Positions 1-10,097 of a DNA stretch of 64,000 nt are shown here, piece after piece. The stretch lies in assembly GCA_039796155.1 (NCBI GenBank), contig JBDKKJ010000002.1, positions 31,365 through 95,364 on the forward strand, in the 5' to 3' direction. The number at the start of each line of letters is the position of its first letter. The stretch's first letter is position 1. Origin of the DNA: Candidatus Parcubacteria bacterium (GTDB lineage: Bacteria; Patescibacteriota; Minisyncoccia; Phycocordibacterales; UBA6065). The notes under the pieces were generated by a model. The model did no database searches. It was not told the origin of the DNA and worked only from the letters and a program-made list of their open reading frames with translations. A program made the translations under genes and the position numbers.

Positions 1-1
1 A

Positions 2-559
2 TATGAGTATGAATCATGCTATCACCCTCTTGAACTTGTAGAAGTAGAGGTTATTGGAGTAATACCAAGGAGCGGTACTGGAACAATAGGTACTGTTGAC
101 CCTATAGCAACAGGAGGTGGAACAAATACGGGGGGCACAGCGACTGTACAAAAGACCCTTGACCTTGTGGTTTCATCAACGAATTCTCCTACTCTTACTT
201 CATCAGTTCCGTTTGCGTATGACCTACAGGTCGTAGCAAATCACTCAACTTCAAGCCTTTCTGTCACACACACCTTCAAGAAAAGTGGCCAGAGAATTCT
301 CACGGGCAACATCTTTTCAAGCCTTAGTGTTACAACTCGACGCGGTTCTGGTTCATCGGCGGTTAACTCTGTCCCAGCAAGTTCACAGAGTCTGACGGTC
401 AACAGCATATCAGTGAGCGCTACCGAAAAATTCACTTTTAGTTTTGCTGGTCAGAAAAAACCAGGTATCCCAACGGGTACCTATATAATCGAAAGCGTAC
501 TCTCTGACAGGTTTGGAAATATACTCCAGACCAAGACGACGGACTTCGTAGTACAATAA
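2..559 (+). CDS. Thr/Ser-rich extracellular/surface protein, C-terminal part (5' end outside window)
   Basis: Frame 2 is open from nt 2 with no stop before the listed ORF 167..559; Ser/Thr-rich low-complexity sequence; lies upstream of T4SS-like genes. Confidence 0.35.
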   Translation, partial: YEYESCYHPLELVEVEVIGVIPRSGTGTIGTVDPIATGGGTNTGGTATVQKTLDLVVSSTNSPTLTSSVPFAYDLQVVANHSTSSLSVTHTFKKSGQRILTGNIFSSLSVTTRRGSGSSAVNSVPASSQSLTVNSISVSATEKFTFSFAGQKKPGIPTGTYIIESVLSDRFGNILQTKTTDFVVQ

Positions 560-565
560 ACCCAA

Positions 566-2944
566 ATGCGACGATTCTTCCTTAAACATAAAGCAGTAAT
601 CTCGACACTCTGTATTGTTGCAGTGCTCTTGATTGCGCCCCATTTTGCGCACGCTCTTGTAAATCCTTTTAGTTCTGTAGACATCATCACGTCTTTTGTC
701 ACTGGAGGTGTTGGGCTTCTCCTTGAAGTGCTCATACTTCCTTTGGCATCTGGAATGCTAGCGCTTGGAGGACTTCTTCTTGATGTGGCGATTAACTTTA
801 GCCTCCATACCGCATATATCTTTAGTCTTTCACCAGCAATTAATCTTGGTTGGACTATTGTACGAGACCTCTGCAACATCTTCTTTATATTCGTACTTAT
901 ATATATCAGCCTTGGAACAATTGTCCGCGGTACAAGTTTTGGAACAAAAGATTTACTTACAAAAGTAATTATTGCTGCTCTTGTGATCAATTTTAGTCTT
1001 TTTATTACGAAAGCAGTTGTTGACGTAAGCAACGTGTTCGGACTTTGGCTTTACGGTGGAATCAAAAACTCCCTTGTAGCAAACTCATTAGATGCAAGTA
1101 AGCCGGCGAGTTTGAGCGATCTAATTAGTACACGTTTAGGGGTAATACAGTTCCTTAGACTCGGAACAAACGCAACTGAGAACGCTAGTGCGGCCAAGAC
1201 AGTATCTGAGGGACTTACAAGTCCAAGTCAAAGCTTTGTTGCACGAATATTACGTCTCGCAGTTATCCTTATTGCCACATATATATTCTTTTATTGTGCG
1301 ATTATATTCATCGCACGAAGTGTTACGCTTCTTTTCCTTATGGTATTTTCGCCAATAGGATTTATGGGTGATGTGTTGCCGCAGTTGAAAGAATACGCAA
1401 ACGACTGGAGAAAAGAACTTACGAGCGCAGCCATGTTTCCTGTTGCGTTCTTACTAATGCTTTACATCGCACTACAGTTTATTAATAGCCTAGGAGTTCT
1501 TGTTAAAGATCAAATAACAGATCAGTCAGTTATCGGAGGAGTAAGTATTTCAATATACTTCCAGTATTTTATTGTAATCATGCTTCTTAAGGCCTGCCTT
1601 GAAGTTGCAAAAGACAACGAAGGAAAAATGGGGAAGGCGATGGGCGGATTGGCGGATGGTCTTGGAAAGTTGGCTGTGAGGGCCGGAGTGGCAGCTGCTT
1701 CTGGCGGTTCGGCACTTGCAATTCGAGCCGGCCTTGCGGCAGCGACCGCAAAAACAGGAGAGGGTTGGAAAGCAGCAAAAGATACCCTACCACCATCACC
1801 GCGATTTATTGAAAGCTTCAAAAAAGATGGGTTTGCAGCCGCGGGCAAAGATATATTTGACAGCACAGTAAAAGCGGCAAAGTCTGGTACTTGGGATGTG
1901 CGTAATGCAAAAATACCCGGTATAGGTAAAGCAACTCTTGGTAGTACTCTTGGTAACCTCGTGGGCGTAGAATTAAATGCCCAGACTGCAAAGGAACTCA
2001 AAGAAACTCGTGGAGAGTGGGCTGAGGAGCGAAAAGTTGAAGAAAAAAATCAGGAAATTCTTGCACAGATTCGAGACATCGAAGATGCAAAGGCATCATA
2101 TGAACGATCAAGAAAGACAACTGTCGATAAAAAATTGCTTGACGACAAAGTTAAGGACGCAAAGGGTAAAATGTCTGACGCGTCTTCAAGTCTATCAAAC
2201 AAGCAACTTGAAAAACTTGGAAAAAGTACGCTTTCCAACGAACACTTTATTCAGTCTATTTCGCAAAACCAGGCAGAGCATCTTGCTGAAAAAACTGAAG
2301 CATCAGATGATGATAAGGCAGAAGTTTGGAAATATAGACTTTCAGACGTTAGTGAAGCACTTAAACCTGGAGGTACTGGTGATGTTAGCAAGGCAATAAA
2401 AAATCATTCAGATAAAGAACTTGAGAATTTGCCACCAGAGGCTCTTAAAGACCTTAAATTTGTTAGCGCTTCAAACATGAATTATGAGAAGTTTAATAAT
2501 CTCATGAAGAGCACAAAGATAAGTAACGCAACGAAGGCGGAAATGAAAAAGCTACGATATCAAGCGTTCTACGAGGCGATAAAATCAAGAAAATACGACG
2601 ATGTTGAGAAGGAACTTAAAGATTTGGAGGCTCCTGAAATCGCAAAGATGGACTGGATCAAGAAAGAAGATGACGGTACGGAATTCAGAGCGCTTGCGAA
2701 CCCTGAGGTACTTTACCGTCTAGACACAAAAACACTTGGTAAGATGTATGAGGAACTCAGCACAAGCCAACTTGCTGATGTCAGACTAGCGATAGAAGCG
2801 GTCGTTACTCGCACTCCAAAACCAGGAAATTCTGACAAGTTTACCCACACTGCTAGCGCTTCAATTACGAACACGGCAATGCGTAAACGTCTTGAAAAAA
2901 CCTCTGAATGGCTACTTACAAATAACATAGGTAAAGAATTCTAA
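566..2944 (+). CDS. TrbL/VirB6-like polytopic membrane protein with long charged coiled-coil C-terminal tail
   Basis: N-terminal signal/TM plus at least 6 hydrophobic helices in the first ~330 aa, followed by ~450 aa of K/E/D-rich low-complexity tail; adjacent to VirB3/VirB4 homologues. Confidence 0.5.
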   Translation: MRRFFLKHKAVISTLCIVAVLLIAPHFAHALVNPFSSVDIITSFVTGGVGLLLEVLILPLASGMLALGGLLLDVAINFSLHTAYIFSLSPAINLGWTIVRDLCNIFFIFVLIYISLGTIVRGTSFGTKDLLTKVIIAALVINFSLFITKAVVDVSNVFGLWLYGGIKNSLVANSLDASKPASLSDLISTRLGVIQFLRLGTNATENASAAKTVSEGLTSPSQSFVARILRLAVILIATYIFFYCAIIFIARSVTLLFLMVFSPIGFMGDVLPQLKEYANDWRKELTSAAMFPVAFLLMLYIALQFINSLGVLVKDQITDQSVIGGVSISIYFQYFIVIMLLKACLEVAKDNEGKMGKAMGGLADGLGKLAVRAGVAAASGGSALAIRAGLAAATAKTGEGWKAAKDTLPPSPRFIESFKKDGFAAAGKDIFDSTVKAAKSGTWDVRNAKIPGIGKATLGSTLGNLVGVELNAQTAKELKETRGEWAEERKVEEKNQEILAQIRDIEDAKASYERSRKTTVDKKLLDDKVKDAKGKMSDASSSLSNKQLEKLGKSTLSNEHFIQSISQNQAEHLAEKTEASDDDKAEVWKYRLSDVSEALKPGGTGDVSKAIKNHSDKELENLPPEALKDLKFVSASNMNYEKFNNLMKSTKISNATKAEMKKLRYQAFYEAIKSRKYDDVEKELKDLEAPEIAKMDWIKKEDDGTEFRALANPEVLYRLDTKTLGKMYEELSTSQLADVRLAIEAVVTRTPKPGNSDKFTHTASASITNTAMRKRLEKTSEWLLTNNIGKEF

Positions 2945-2948
2945 ATTT

Positions 2949-3581
2949 ATGGACTTTTCAAAAGATCAAAAAAAGGAGGCCTATAAAAATCTCAACGAGA
3001 GACAAAAAGAGTTTGTTTCTTCTGAGAGTGTTAGTCAGACCCTTCAAGCGATAGGGGAAAGACAAGGATTTCTTCTTGATAAAACAGGAATTCTAAGTGA
3101 CGTAGTCTTTGCTGCACTTCTGGGGCTGGTAAAGATTACTGAAATAAACTCTGTGATCGAAAGCAAGCTTGGGATTTCTGGACAGAAACAACAGGATCTA
3201 CTTAATGATATAAATGAAAAGATATTTTTGCCATTTAGACAGGTTCTCGTAGAAGGTACTACCCCCACTGAAGAAAAAATTGAGCGCGTAAGCACTAGCA
3301 CCGAACCCAATCGCGAAGACATCCTCGCTGAAATTGAAAACCCAACACCAACCGTTCACCCTATATCTATAGCCGATCACACCATTGCAGGACCGGCACA
3401 ACCTCTTGAAATCACCCCTCCTGCAACTGAAACAAAAGAGGCTGTTGCTCAAGCCTTTATTGGAAGCAAACTCACTGAAACAGTAAACCTACCTTCACAA
3501 AAAGCAGTCGTAACCCTCAAGGCGCCTGAAGTAAAGCCTAAAAACTACGGCCCAGACCCTTATAGAGAGTCGATTATGTAA
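2949..3581 (+). CDS. hypothetical protein within T4SS-like cluster
   Basis: 210-aa ORF tightly packed (5 bp gap) after the VirB6-like gene; no recognisable motif. Confidence 0.4.
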   Translation: MDFSKDQKKEAYKNLNERQKEFVSSESVSQTLQAIGERQGFLLDKTGILSDVVFAALLGLVKITEINSVIESKLGISGQKQQDLLNDINEKIFLPFRQVLVEGTTPTEEKIERVSTSTEPNREDILAEIENPTPTVHPISIADHTIAGPAQPLEITPPATETKEAVAQAFIGSKLTETVNLPSQKAVVTLKAPEVKPKNYGPDPYRESIM

Positions 3582-3623
3582 GAAAACACAGACCTCACTG
3601 TATTACAATGAGGTCTGTGTTTT

Positions 3624-4076
3624 TTGAGGTATAATAATTCTATGAGATTTCAAGTTCCTCAATTCATCGAAGTCGAAGACAAAATATTCGGTCCACTCAC
3701 TCTCAAACAATTCATATATCTCCTTGGTGGGGCAGGACTTTCCTTTATTCTTTACAGTTTTATAGGTAACCTCTATATCAGTATCTTTTTTATACTTCCC
3801 GTAATTGGCTTTAGTCTGACATTGGCGTTCTACAAAATAAATAACAAGCCATTTATTAATGTCGTCGAGGCAGCCTTCAATTATTACGTTGGAAACAAGC
3901 TCTATATTTGGAAACACGTTGAAAAACCGATCATAGCCAAAGAACAGGCCGTAGAATCTGCACCAGACTTCTATGTACCAAAGCTTTCTGACTCAAAACT
4001 AAAAGATCTTACCTGGTCACTGGACATTAAGCAGAGTCAAAATCCTGCACAACGAGCAGGCAAACAAACGTTCTAG
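3624..4076 (+). CDS. VirB3/PrgI-like small membrane protein
   Basis: 150 aa with two adjacent TM helices (QFIYLLGGAGLSFILYSF...) directly upstream of VirB4, as in Gram-positive-type T4SS. Confidence 0.4.
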   Translation: MRYNNSMRFQVPQFIEVEDKIFGPLTLKQFIYLLGGAGLSFILYSFIGNLYISIFFILPVIGFSLTLAFYKINNKPFINVVEAAFNYYVGNKLYIWKHVEKPIIAKEQAVESAPDFYVPKLSDSKLKDLTWSLDIKQSQNPAQRAGKQTF

Positions 4077-4097
4077 TATACTTATCTTATAAATCCC

Positions 4098-4733
4098 ATG
4101 GCAGTCAACGCAAAAACAACACAAGAGTTCGTTCCCATCAAAGAAATCCGACAAGGAATGATTATCCTTAAGGATGATTCTATGCGCGCTATTGTCATGG
4201 CTTCTTCTCTCAACTTTGCACTCAAGTCTGCAGATGAGCAGCAGTCGATTATCATGCAGTTTCAGAACTTCCTCAACTCTCTCGATTTTACAGTACAAAT
4301 ATTTATTCAATCACGAAAACTCGACATCAGGCCGTATATAGCCCTCTTGGAAGGGAGACTCAAGGAACAAATGAGTGATCTTCTTAAAATCCAGACCCGT
4401 GAATACATTGCCTTCATAAAAAACTTTACTGAAAACTCAAACATTATGACAAAGTCATTCTTTGTTGTGGTTCCATACTCACCGGCAGCACTTACCGCCG
4501 GGGGAGTGACAGATGTCTTTAGTAAAAAGAAAACCTCAGCAGAAAGTGCTGAGAAGAAGATTGCTGACTTTGAAGAACACCGAAGCCAGCTCGAACAGCG
4601 CGTGAGCGTTGTTACACAAGGACTTGTCCGCTGTGGTATTCGTACCGTTGAATTAGGAACAGAAGAGATTGTTGAACTCTTCTACAAGATCTTCAATCCC
4701 GGAGATACTGAAAAGCCAATACCGCTAACATAA
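4098..4733 (+). CDS. VirB4-family ATPase, N-terminal domain fragment (separate ORF)
   Basis: Start 'EFVPIKEIRQGMIILKDDSMRAIVMASSLNFALKSADEQ' matches the conserved N-terminus of conjugative VirB4/TraE/PrgJ ATPases; stop TAA at 4731-4733 lies 4 nt before the ATG of the ATPase-domain ORF in a different frame. Confidence 0.55.
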   Translation: MAVNAKTTQEFVPIKEIRQGMIILKDDSMRAIVMASSLNFALKSADEQQSIIMQFQNFLNSLDFTVQIFIQSRKLDIRPYIALLEGRLKEQMSDLLKIQTREYIAFIKNFTENSNIMTKSFFVVVPYSPAALTAGGVTDVFSKKKTSAESAEKKIADFEEHRSQLEQRVSVVTQGLVRCGIRTVELGTEEIVELFYKIFNPGDTEKPIPLT

Positions 4734-4737
4734 AACT

Positions 4738-6543
4738 ATGGGAATATTTGATTTTTTAAAAAAGAAGCAGAATCGGGTAAACATTGCACCAATCCTCCCA
4801 CAGGAAATCTATGAGGCTGGTGTTTTGGAACTCAAAGACGTTATTGCCCCGTCTGCTTTAAAGGTAAGTCCTCGTGAACTCTCGCTCGGAGACAAAATTG
4901 TCCGTTCTTTCTTTGTTATTTCATATCCACGATTCCTTGGAGAGAGCTGGTTTGCACCAATCATCAACCTCGATAAAGTTTTTAACATTTCTATATTCGT
5001 ACATCCGGTAGAAACAGCAAAAGTTCTCCGTCAGTTTCAGAAAAAAGTAGCTGAAGTACAAAGCCAGATCTCGATCAGAGAGCAGAAGGGACTTGTACGT
5101 GATCCAATGCTTGATACCGCATACCAAGACCTTGAAAACCTCCGCGACCAGCTTCAGCAAGCACAGGAAAAGCTTTTTGATGTGGGTGTCTATATCTCGA
5201 TATACGGAGAAAACGAGGCAGAGCTTGATAAAACAGAGTCTGAAATCAAATCAATCCTCGAATCAAAGCTCGTGTATGTAAAGCCAGCACTCTTCCAACA
5301 AGAGCAGGGCTATAAGAGTAACCTTCCAACAGCAACCGATGAATTGATGGTTCATTCAAAGCTGAATTCATCTCCACTTTCATCGCTCTTTCCATTTATT
5401 TCATTCGACCTCACGTCTGACAAGGGAATTCTGTACGGTATAAACCGACACAACTCATCACTGGTTTTGTTCGATCGTTTCTCTCTTGAAAACTACAACT
5501 CTATTACCTTTGCAAAATCTGGTGCTGGAAAATCATATACAGTGAAGCTTGAAATTCTTCGAACACTTATGTTCGATACCGACGTGATTGTTATTGACCC
5601 TGAAAGGGAATATGAAAACCTCGCCGAGGCAACGGGCGGTAAATACTTTAATATTTCTCTCAACTCTGAACACCATATCAACCCTTTTGACCTGCCAATT
5701 CCTCGTGAAGACGAATCTGGTGCTGATGTACTCCGTTCAAACATCATAAACCTCGTAGGTCTGTTCCGTATTATGATGGGGGGCCTCACTCCTGAGGAGG
5801 ATGCCATTGTTGACCGTGCTATTTCAGAGACCTATGCCCTCAAAGACATTACTCCTGACTCTGATTTCCGTGGAACTGAGCCACCACTCCTGTCTGATTT
5901 CGAACTCGTGCTTGCTGGTATGGAAGGTGGGGAATCCCTCGTCCAAAGACTGACAAAATACACCAAAGGTACCTGGTCTGGCTTTATCAACCGTCCTACC
6001 AACGTAGATATCGGTGCAAAATTCATTGTATTTTCACTGCGTGACATGGAAGAAGAGCTCAAGCCGGTGGCTATGTATATCGTCATGCGCTATATCCAGA
6101 CAGCGGTGATGAAAAACCTCAAAAAGCGCCTCCTGGTCATCGATGAGGCGTGGTGGATGATGAAATCTGAGGATACCGCATCATTCCTCCTGGGTTTGGC
6201 TAAACGAGGCCGTAAACACTACCTCGGTATTGCAACAATCACTCAGGATGTGGATGACTTCCTCAAATCACCCTATGGTCTCCCCATTATTACCAACTCA
6301 TCTATACAGGTTCTCCTTAAACAGTCACCGTCATCTATAGACAAGCTTCAGCAAGTATTCAATCTTACTGATGAAGAAAAATATCTCTTGCTCGAATCTG
6401 ATGTAGGGGAGGGTATATTCTTTGTAGGGCTCAAACATGTGGCTATAAAAATCATTGCTTCATATACCGAAGACCAAATCATCACCTCAGACCCATCGCA
6501 AATCCTGGCAATAAAAGAAGCAAAGAGAAATAATCAGCAGTAA
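4738..6543 (+). CDS. virB4: VirB4/TrbE-family type IV secretion ATPase (ATPase domain)
   Basis: Walker A 'FAKSGAGKSYT', Walker B 'LLVIDEAWWMM', 601 aa; conserved VirB4 C-terminal architecture. Confidence 0.75.
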   Translation: MGIFDFLKKKQNRVNIAPILPQEIYEAGVLELKDVIAPSALKVSPRELSLGDKIVRSFFVISYPRFLGESWFAPIINLDKVFNISIFVHPVETAKVLRQFQKKVAEVQSQISIREQKGLVRDPMLDTAYQDLENLRDQLQQAQEKLFDVGVYISIYGENEAELDKTESEIKSILESKLVYVKPALFQQEQGYKSNLPTATDELMVHSKLNSSPLSSLFPFISFDLTSDKGILYGINRHNSSLVLFDRFSLENYNSITFAKSGAGKSYTVKLEILRTLMFDTDVIVIDPEREYENLAEATGGKYFNISLNSEHHINPFDLPIPREDESGADVLRSNIINLVGLFRIMMGGLTPEEDAIVDRAISETYALKDITPDSDFRGTEPPLLSDFELVLAGMEGGESLVQRLTKYTKGTWSGFINRPTNVDIGAKFIVFSLRDMEEELKPVAMYIVMRYIQTAVMKNLKKRLLVIDEAWWMMKSEDTASFLLGLAKRGRKHYLGIATITQDVDDFLKSPYGLPIITNSSIQVLLKQSPSSIDKLQQVFNLTDEEKYLLLESDVGEGIFFVGLKHVAIKIIASYTEDQIITSDPSQILAIKEAKRNNQQ

Positions 6544-6573
6544 AACAAAAGCCACCTCTACACAGGTGGCTTT

Positions 6574-7593
6574 GTGCTCTTGTGGTACAATAATTACATG
6601 TTTCGCGCGTTAAAAAGCACATTATTCTCTCTCTTTATATTTTCTTCTTTCTTTCTCTCTGTACATGCCCAGAGCGTGCCTGGTATCAGTGATCCTGTAA
6701 CATTCCGAATGGTTCCTGAGTATCCAAACCCAAATCAAAGAGTGACACTCACCGCCCAAAGCTTTAATACAGACCTTAATAAGGCAATTTTTAAATGGTT
6801 TGTTAACGATAGGGTGTACAAAGAGGGTGTTGGCATTAAAGAAATAGACATAAACAGTGGTAACGCAGGATCTTTTACAGCAGTACGTGTTCAGATTAAA
6901 ACTCCAGATTTTGGAACTATTGAAAATGCATTCTCGTTTAGACCAGCTGAGGTTACGTTGTTATATGAGGCAGATACGTACACTCCTCCGTTTTATAAAG
7001 TAAAAGCACTCCACTCTTTTAATGGTGCTTTTAAAGTAACGGCCATTCCTGAATTTTTTGATGTGAGTGGCAAAAGAATAAATCCAAAAGATCTTATTTA
7101 TACCTGGAAGAAAAACGGCGAGGTAGTAGGAGCGGCTTCAGGTTTTGGAAAGGATTCGTATATCGCTTCTCAAACAAGCTACCTTCGCGATGGGGAAGAG
7201 GTAAGTGTTGAGGTGTCCTCACCACGTGAAAGCCTTGCAGGTTCAGCTTTTATAACCATAAAGCCGAGTGTGCCGGAAATCATATTCTATGAAAACAGTC
7301 CACTCTATGGGGTTGTATACGAGAAGGCTCTTCAGAGTACTTATAGACTTATAGACGAAGAATTTACTCTTCGCGCAGAACCGTTGAGCATGTCTACAGA
7401 CAATCCACTTTCAGGACTCCTTTCACTTACTTGGGACATGAACGGATCAACCGTCTCAAATTTTAGTAATAAAAATGAGATTACTCTTCGTAAAACAGGT
7501 ACAACTGGTGGGCGATCAAGTGTGAGTCTTGTGGTTCAAAACAAACGAAAGGTACTTCAGGGAGCGGAGGCGAGCATAATGATACTTCAATGA
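6574..7593 (+). CDS. secreted protein with tandem beta-rich repeat domains
   Basis: Cleavable signal peptide (…FFLSVHA/QS); internally repeated ~90-aa segments; within T4SS-like cluster. Confidence 0.45.
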   Translation: MLLWYNNYMFRALKSTLFSLFIFSSFFLSVHAQSVPGISDPVTFRMVPEYPNPNQRVTLTAQSFNTDLNKAIFKWFVNDRVYKEGVGIKEIDINSGNAGSFTAVRVQIKTPDFGTIENAFSFRPAEVTLLYEADTYTPPFYKVKALHSFNGAFKVTAIPEFFDVSGKRINPKDLIYTWKKNGEVVGAASGFGKDSYIASQTSYLRDGEEVSVEVSSPRESLAGSAFITIKPSVPEIIFYENSPLYGVVYEKALQSTYRLIDEEFTLRAEPLSMSTDNPLSGLLSLTWDMNGSTVSNFSNKNEITLRKTGTTGGRSSVSLVVQNKRKVLQGAEASIMILQ

Positions 7594-8753
7594 TTAAAAG
7601 AAACTCACAAACCATAATAAAGAAAATATCAGTAGGAGTAGTTTTTTCTGTCTTTATTTTCCTTAATATTTCTTTTACACAAATTGCATTAGCACAGACT
7701 GATCCTCAAAAAGACCCTCGACAGTATGTTGCGCTTACAACCATCCCTGGTTTTACCATCGGTTGTAAACCATCAGCAGATGGTAGTACAACGGCCTGTC
7801 CCTCAATAAACCCAGTTGATAAAATAGTAAATATTTACGGTGTAGCCATTGGTATAGCAGCCATTCTTGCGGTTGTTAGGATTATCATAGCAGGACTCAA
7901 ATACGCAACCACAGAAGCAATAGACGGTAAGTCAGATGCTAAAGACACTTGGCAGGGGGCCTTCTACGGCCTTGGTCTGCTCCTTGTTTCATTTCTTCTG
8001 CTTCGTACTATTAATATTGATTTAGTGAACGTAAATCTGCACCTTGGCACACCATTTGTTGACAACACTGAAGGCGCTAGAGTTGCATCAAGACTCCTCA
8101 CTTCAGCCGCAAGAAAGATAGAAGAGAATGCAGAAAAAATTACTACCGCAATTTCAACACAAAGAGCTGTAATAGAGACTGCTGAACAAAATCTTGAAGC
8201 AGCTAAAACCTCTGGTGACCCAGAAAAGATTGCTGTGGCGCAGAATACCTTGAACACAGCACAAGCAACAGCGGTAACAGTTGCCAAGTCGGTAATTAAA
8301 GACACAAATAGCCTTGTGGATTCGTCAATTACGGCCGCTGAATCATTTATACCTACAGGTGTAGAGAAGTCTTTAAAGGGTGAGTTTTCAACAAAAGTTA
8401 ATCAAATAGATACCGCACTGGATAACGCTATTGCAACTTTAGAGAAACAAAAAAGCGCGGCAACAACCGACACAGAGAAACGAGTAATTGATATAGCGAT
8501 CAAGAATGTGGCTGATAAAAAAATAATGACAGATGTTGGATTAGACGCCGCATGGAGAACCTCAAGTAACATAAAATACGCTTCGACTCAGACTGATTCA
8601 TTGGCTGCATTTCAGCAATCTCTCATTAATCAAAGAAACTCTACGCTTGCTAGAGTTAGCGACAAAAACTCTGTGGACGCAATCAACTTCCAGAGAAATA
8701 TGAACACCCTTATTTTAAAGATTGGAAACGTTATTAACTCTCCGACAAAATAA
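7590..8753 (+). CDS. secreted/membrane protein with VirB2-like two-helix hydrophobic core plus coiled-coil tail (putative pilin-like)
   Basis: Signal peptide, then two hydrophobic helices separated by a short polar loop (IVNIYGVAIGIAAILAVVRIIIAGL / FYGLGLLLVSFLLL), then ~230 aa helical tail; overlaps previous gene by 4 nt. Confidence 0.35.
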   Translation: MIKRNSQTIIKKISVGVVFSVFIFLNISFTQIALAQTDPQKDPRQYVALTTIPGFTIGCKPSADGSTTACPSINPVDKIVNIYGVAIGIAAILAVVRIIIAGLKYATTEAIDGKSDAKDTWQGAFYGLGLLLVSFLLLRTINIDLVNVNLHLGTPFVDNTEGARVASRLLTSAARKIEENAEKITTAISTQRAVIETAEQNLEAAKTSGDPEKIAVAQNTLNTAQATAVTVAKSVIKDTNSLVDSSITAAESFIPTGVEKSLKGEFSTKVNQIDTALDNAIATLEKQKSAATTDTEKRVIDIAIKNVADKKIMTDVGLDAAWRTSSNIKYASTQTDSLAAFQQSLINQRNSTLARVSDKNSVDAINFQRNMNTLILKIGNVINSPTK

Positions 8754-8754
8754 G

Positions 8755-9987
8755 ATGTCAAAAAAATCCTTCATATTTTTAATACTCATCATTCTAATCA
8801 TTTTTGGTTTGATTGGTTGGTATTTATACACAACAAAGACAGGTCCACAGGGTACAACTCCAGGTACCACGAATAATGATGATCTTTTTCCTTTTGGTCC
8901 CGGTGGAACAAATAATCAAAACAATGGAACCTCAACATCTGGTGGGGGAGATGGGTTTGTGGATCTCTCAGTAAACGGAGAAGTACGTCTTCCACGACTT
9001 CGCCAGATATCTTTTGTTCCTACAGCAGGTGCAACAGCTTCTTCAACCGCATCTTCAACAATTATTCGTTACATGGAGCGTGCAACGGGACATATTTATG
9101 AAACAGATAGTGAAAATCCAAAGGTGACAAAAATCTCTACTATAACTATTCCAAAAGTGCACGAAGCTCTCTTCACCGCAGACTCAACAAAACTTCTTGT
9201 GCGTTACCTTAACGATTCAACAGGTGCAGTGAGAACTTTCTACGCAAAGATAGCAACAACCACACGCCCAGAACAAGCTATAGAAGGTCTCTTTCTTACA
9301 GATGACATTAAAGATGTAACGGTTTTTGGTAACAAAATCTTCTATCTTTTATGGAGCGATACAAATGAACAGGGGATAGTGTCTGATATGGATGGAAGTT
9401 ACAAAACAGTGGTATTTAATTCGTCATTCGGTGAGTGGACCGCAAACTGGACTTCACAAAATATTATTAACCTATCTTCAAAGCCAAGCAGCGCCGCTCG
9501 TGGTGCTTCGTACATTCTTAACCCGGGAACAGGTAACTATACAAAAATGGTTGGAGACCTTAACGGTCTTGAAACCGTGGCAAATAATGACGGTTCTCTC
9601 ATACTTGTTTCGAACAGCACGACAAATTACTACAGCGCCTCGATTCTTGAAACCAAAACAGGAAAGACCCAAAGACTTGGTCTTTCAACACTCGCTGGAA
9701 AATGTGTATGGAGTAAGAAAGATATAACCACTATTTACTGCGCCGTACCTAAAGAAGCTAACCGAGGATCATATCCTGACGATTGGTATAAAGGTAAAAT
9801 GTCATTCGACGACAGTCTTTGGAAAATAAATGCGGTCAGTGGTGAAACAACCGAAATTCTTACCCCGGAACTCAGCACAGGAACCTCAATGGATATAATG
9901 AAGCTTAGTCTCGACCAGAAGGAGAATGTGATCCTCTTTACGAACAAGAAGGATATGACGACATGGAGATACAATCTCGTAGAATAA
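8755..9987 (+). CDS. membrane-anchored protein with Gly/Thr/Asn-rich linker and beta-rich ectodomain
   Basis: N-terminal TM (FIFLILIILIIFGLIGWYLY) then low-complexity GT/N-rich stretch; ATG at 8755 (MSKKS) preferred over 8722 to avoid overlap. Confidence 0.45.
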   Translation: MSKKSFIFLILIILIIFGLIGWYLYTTKTGPQGTTPGTTNNDDLFPFGPGGTNNQNNGTSTSGGGDGFVDLSVNGEVRLPRLRQISFVPTAGATASSTASSTIIRYMERATGHIYETDSENPKVTKISTITIPKVHEALFTADSTKLLVRYLNDSTGAVRTFYAKIATTTRPEQAIEGLFLTDDIKDVTVFGNKIFYLLWSDTNEQGIVSDMDGSYKTVVFNSSFGEWTANWTSQNIINLSSKPSSAARGASYILNPGTGNYTKMVGDLNGLETVANNDGSLILVSNSTTNYYSASILETKTGKTQRLGLSTLAGKCVWSKKDITTIYCAVPKEANRGSYPDDWYKGKMSFDDSLWKINAVSGETTEILTPELSTGTSMDIMKLSLDQKENVILFTNKKDMTTWRYNLVE

Positions 9988-10028
9988 AGACTTCTCTCGC
10001 AAGCTTTGCTTGCCCGTCCTCAACAAAA

Positions 10029-10060
10029 AATCCGTCAAAGAGAGCCTTGACGGATTTTTT
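10029..10060. terminator. bidirectional rho-independent terminator
   Basis: Hairpin atccgtcaa…ttgacggat followed by T6, between convergent genes. Confidence 0.6.
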
Positions 10061-10097
10061 GTTTGCGGGGGCGCGCTCAGTCTTGCGAAAGATGTCC

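Noticed and set aside
241-2238. Antisense ORFs within the surface-protein and VirB6-like genes (e.g. 241..435-, 481..1032-, 1522..2001-, 1587..1799-, 2050..2238-)
   Set aside because: They are fully embedded opposite long, well-supported coding regions and have low-complexity composition typical of shadow frames.
4725-4745. Intein or programmed ribosomal slippage as the explanation for the split VirB4
   Set aside because: No intein boundary residues or slippery heptamer are evident at the junction. A simple one-base frame difference is the most economical reading, so it is reported as a frameshift/split of unknown cause.
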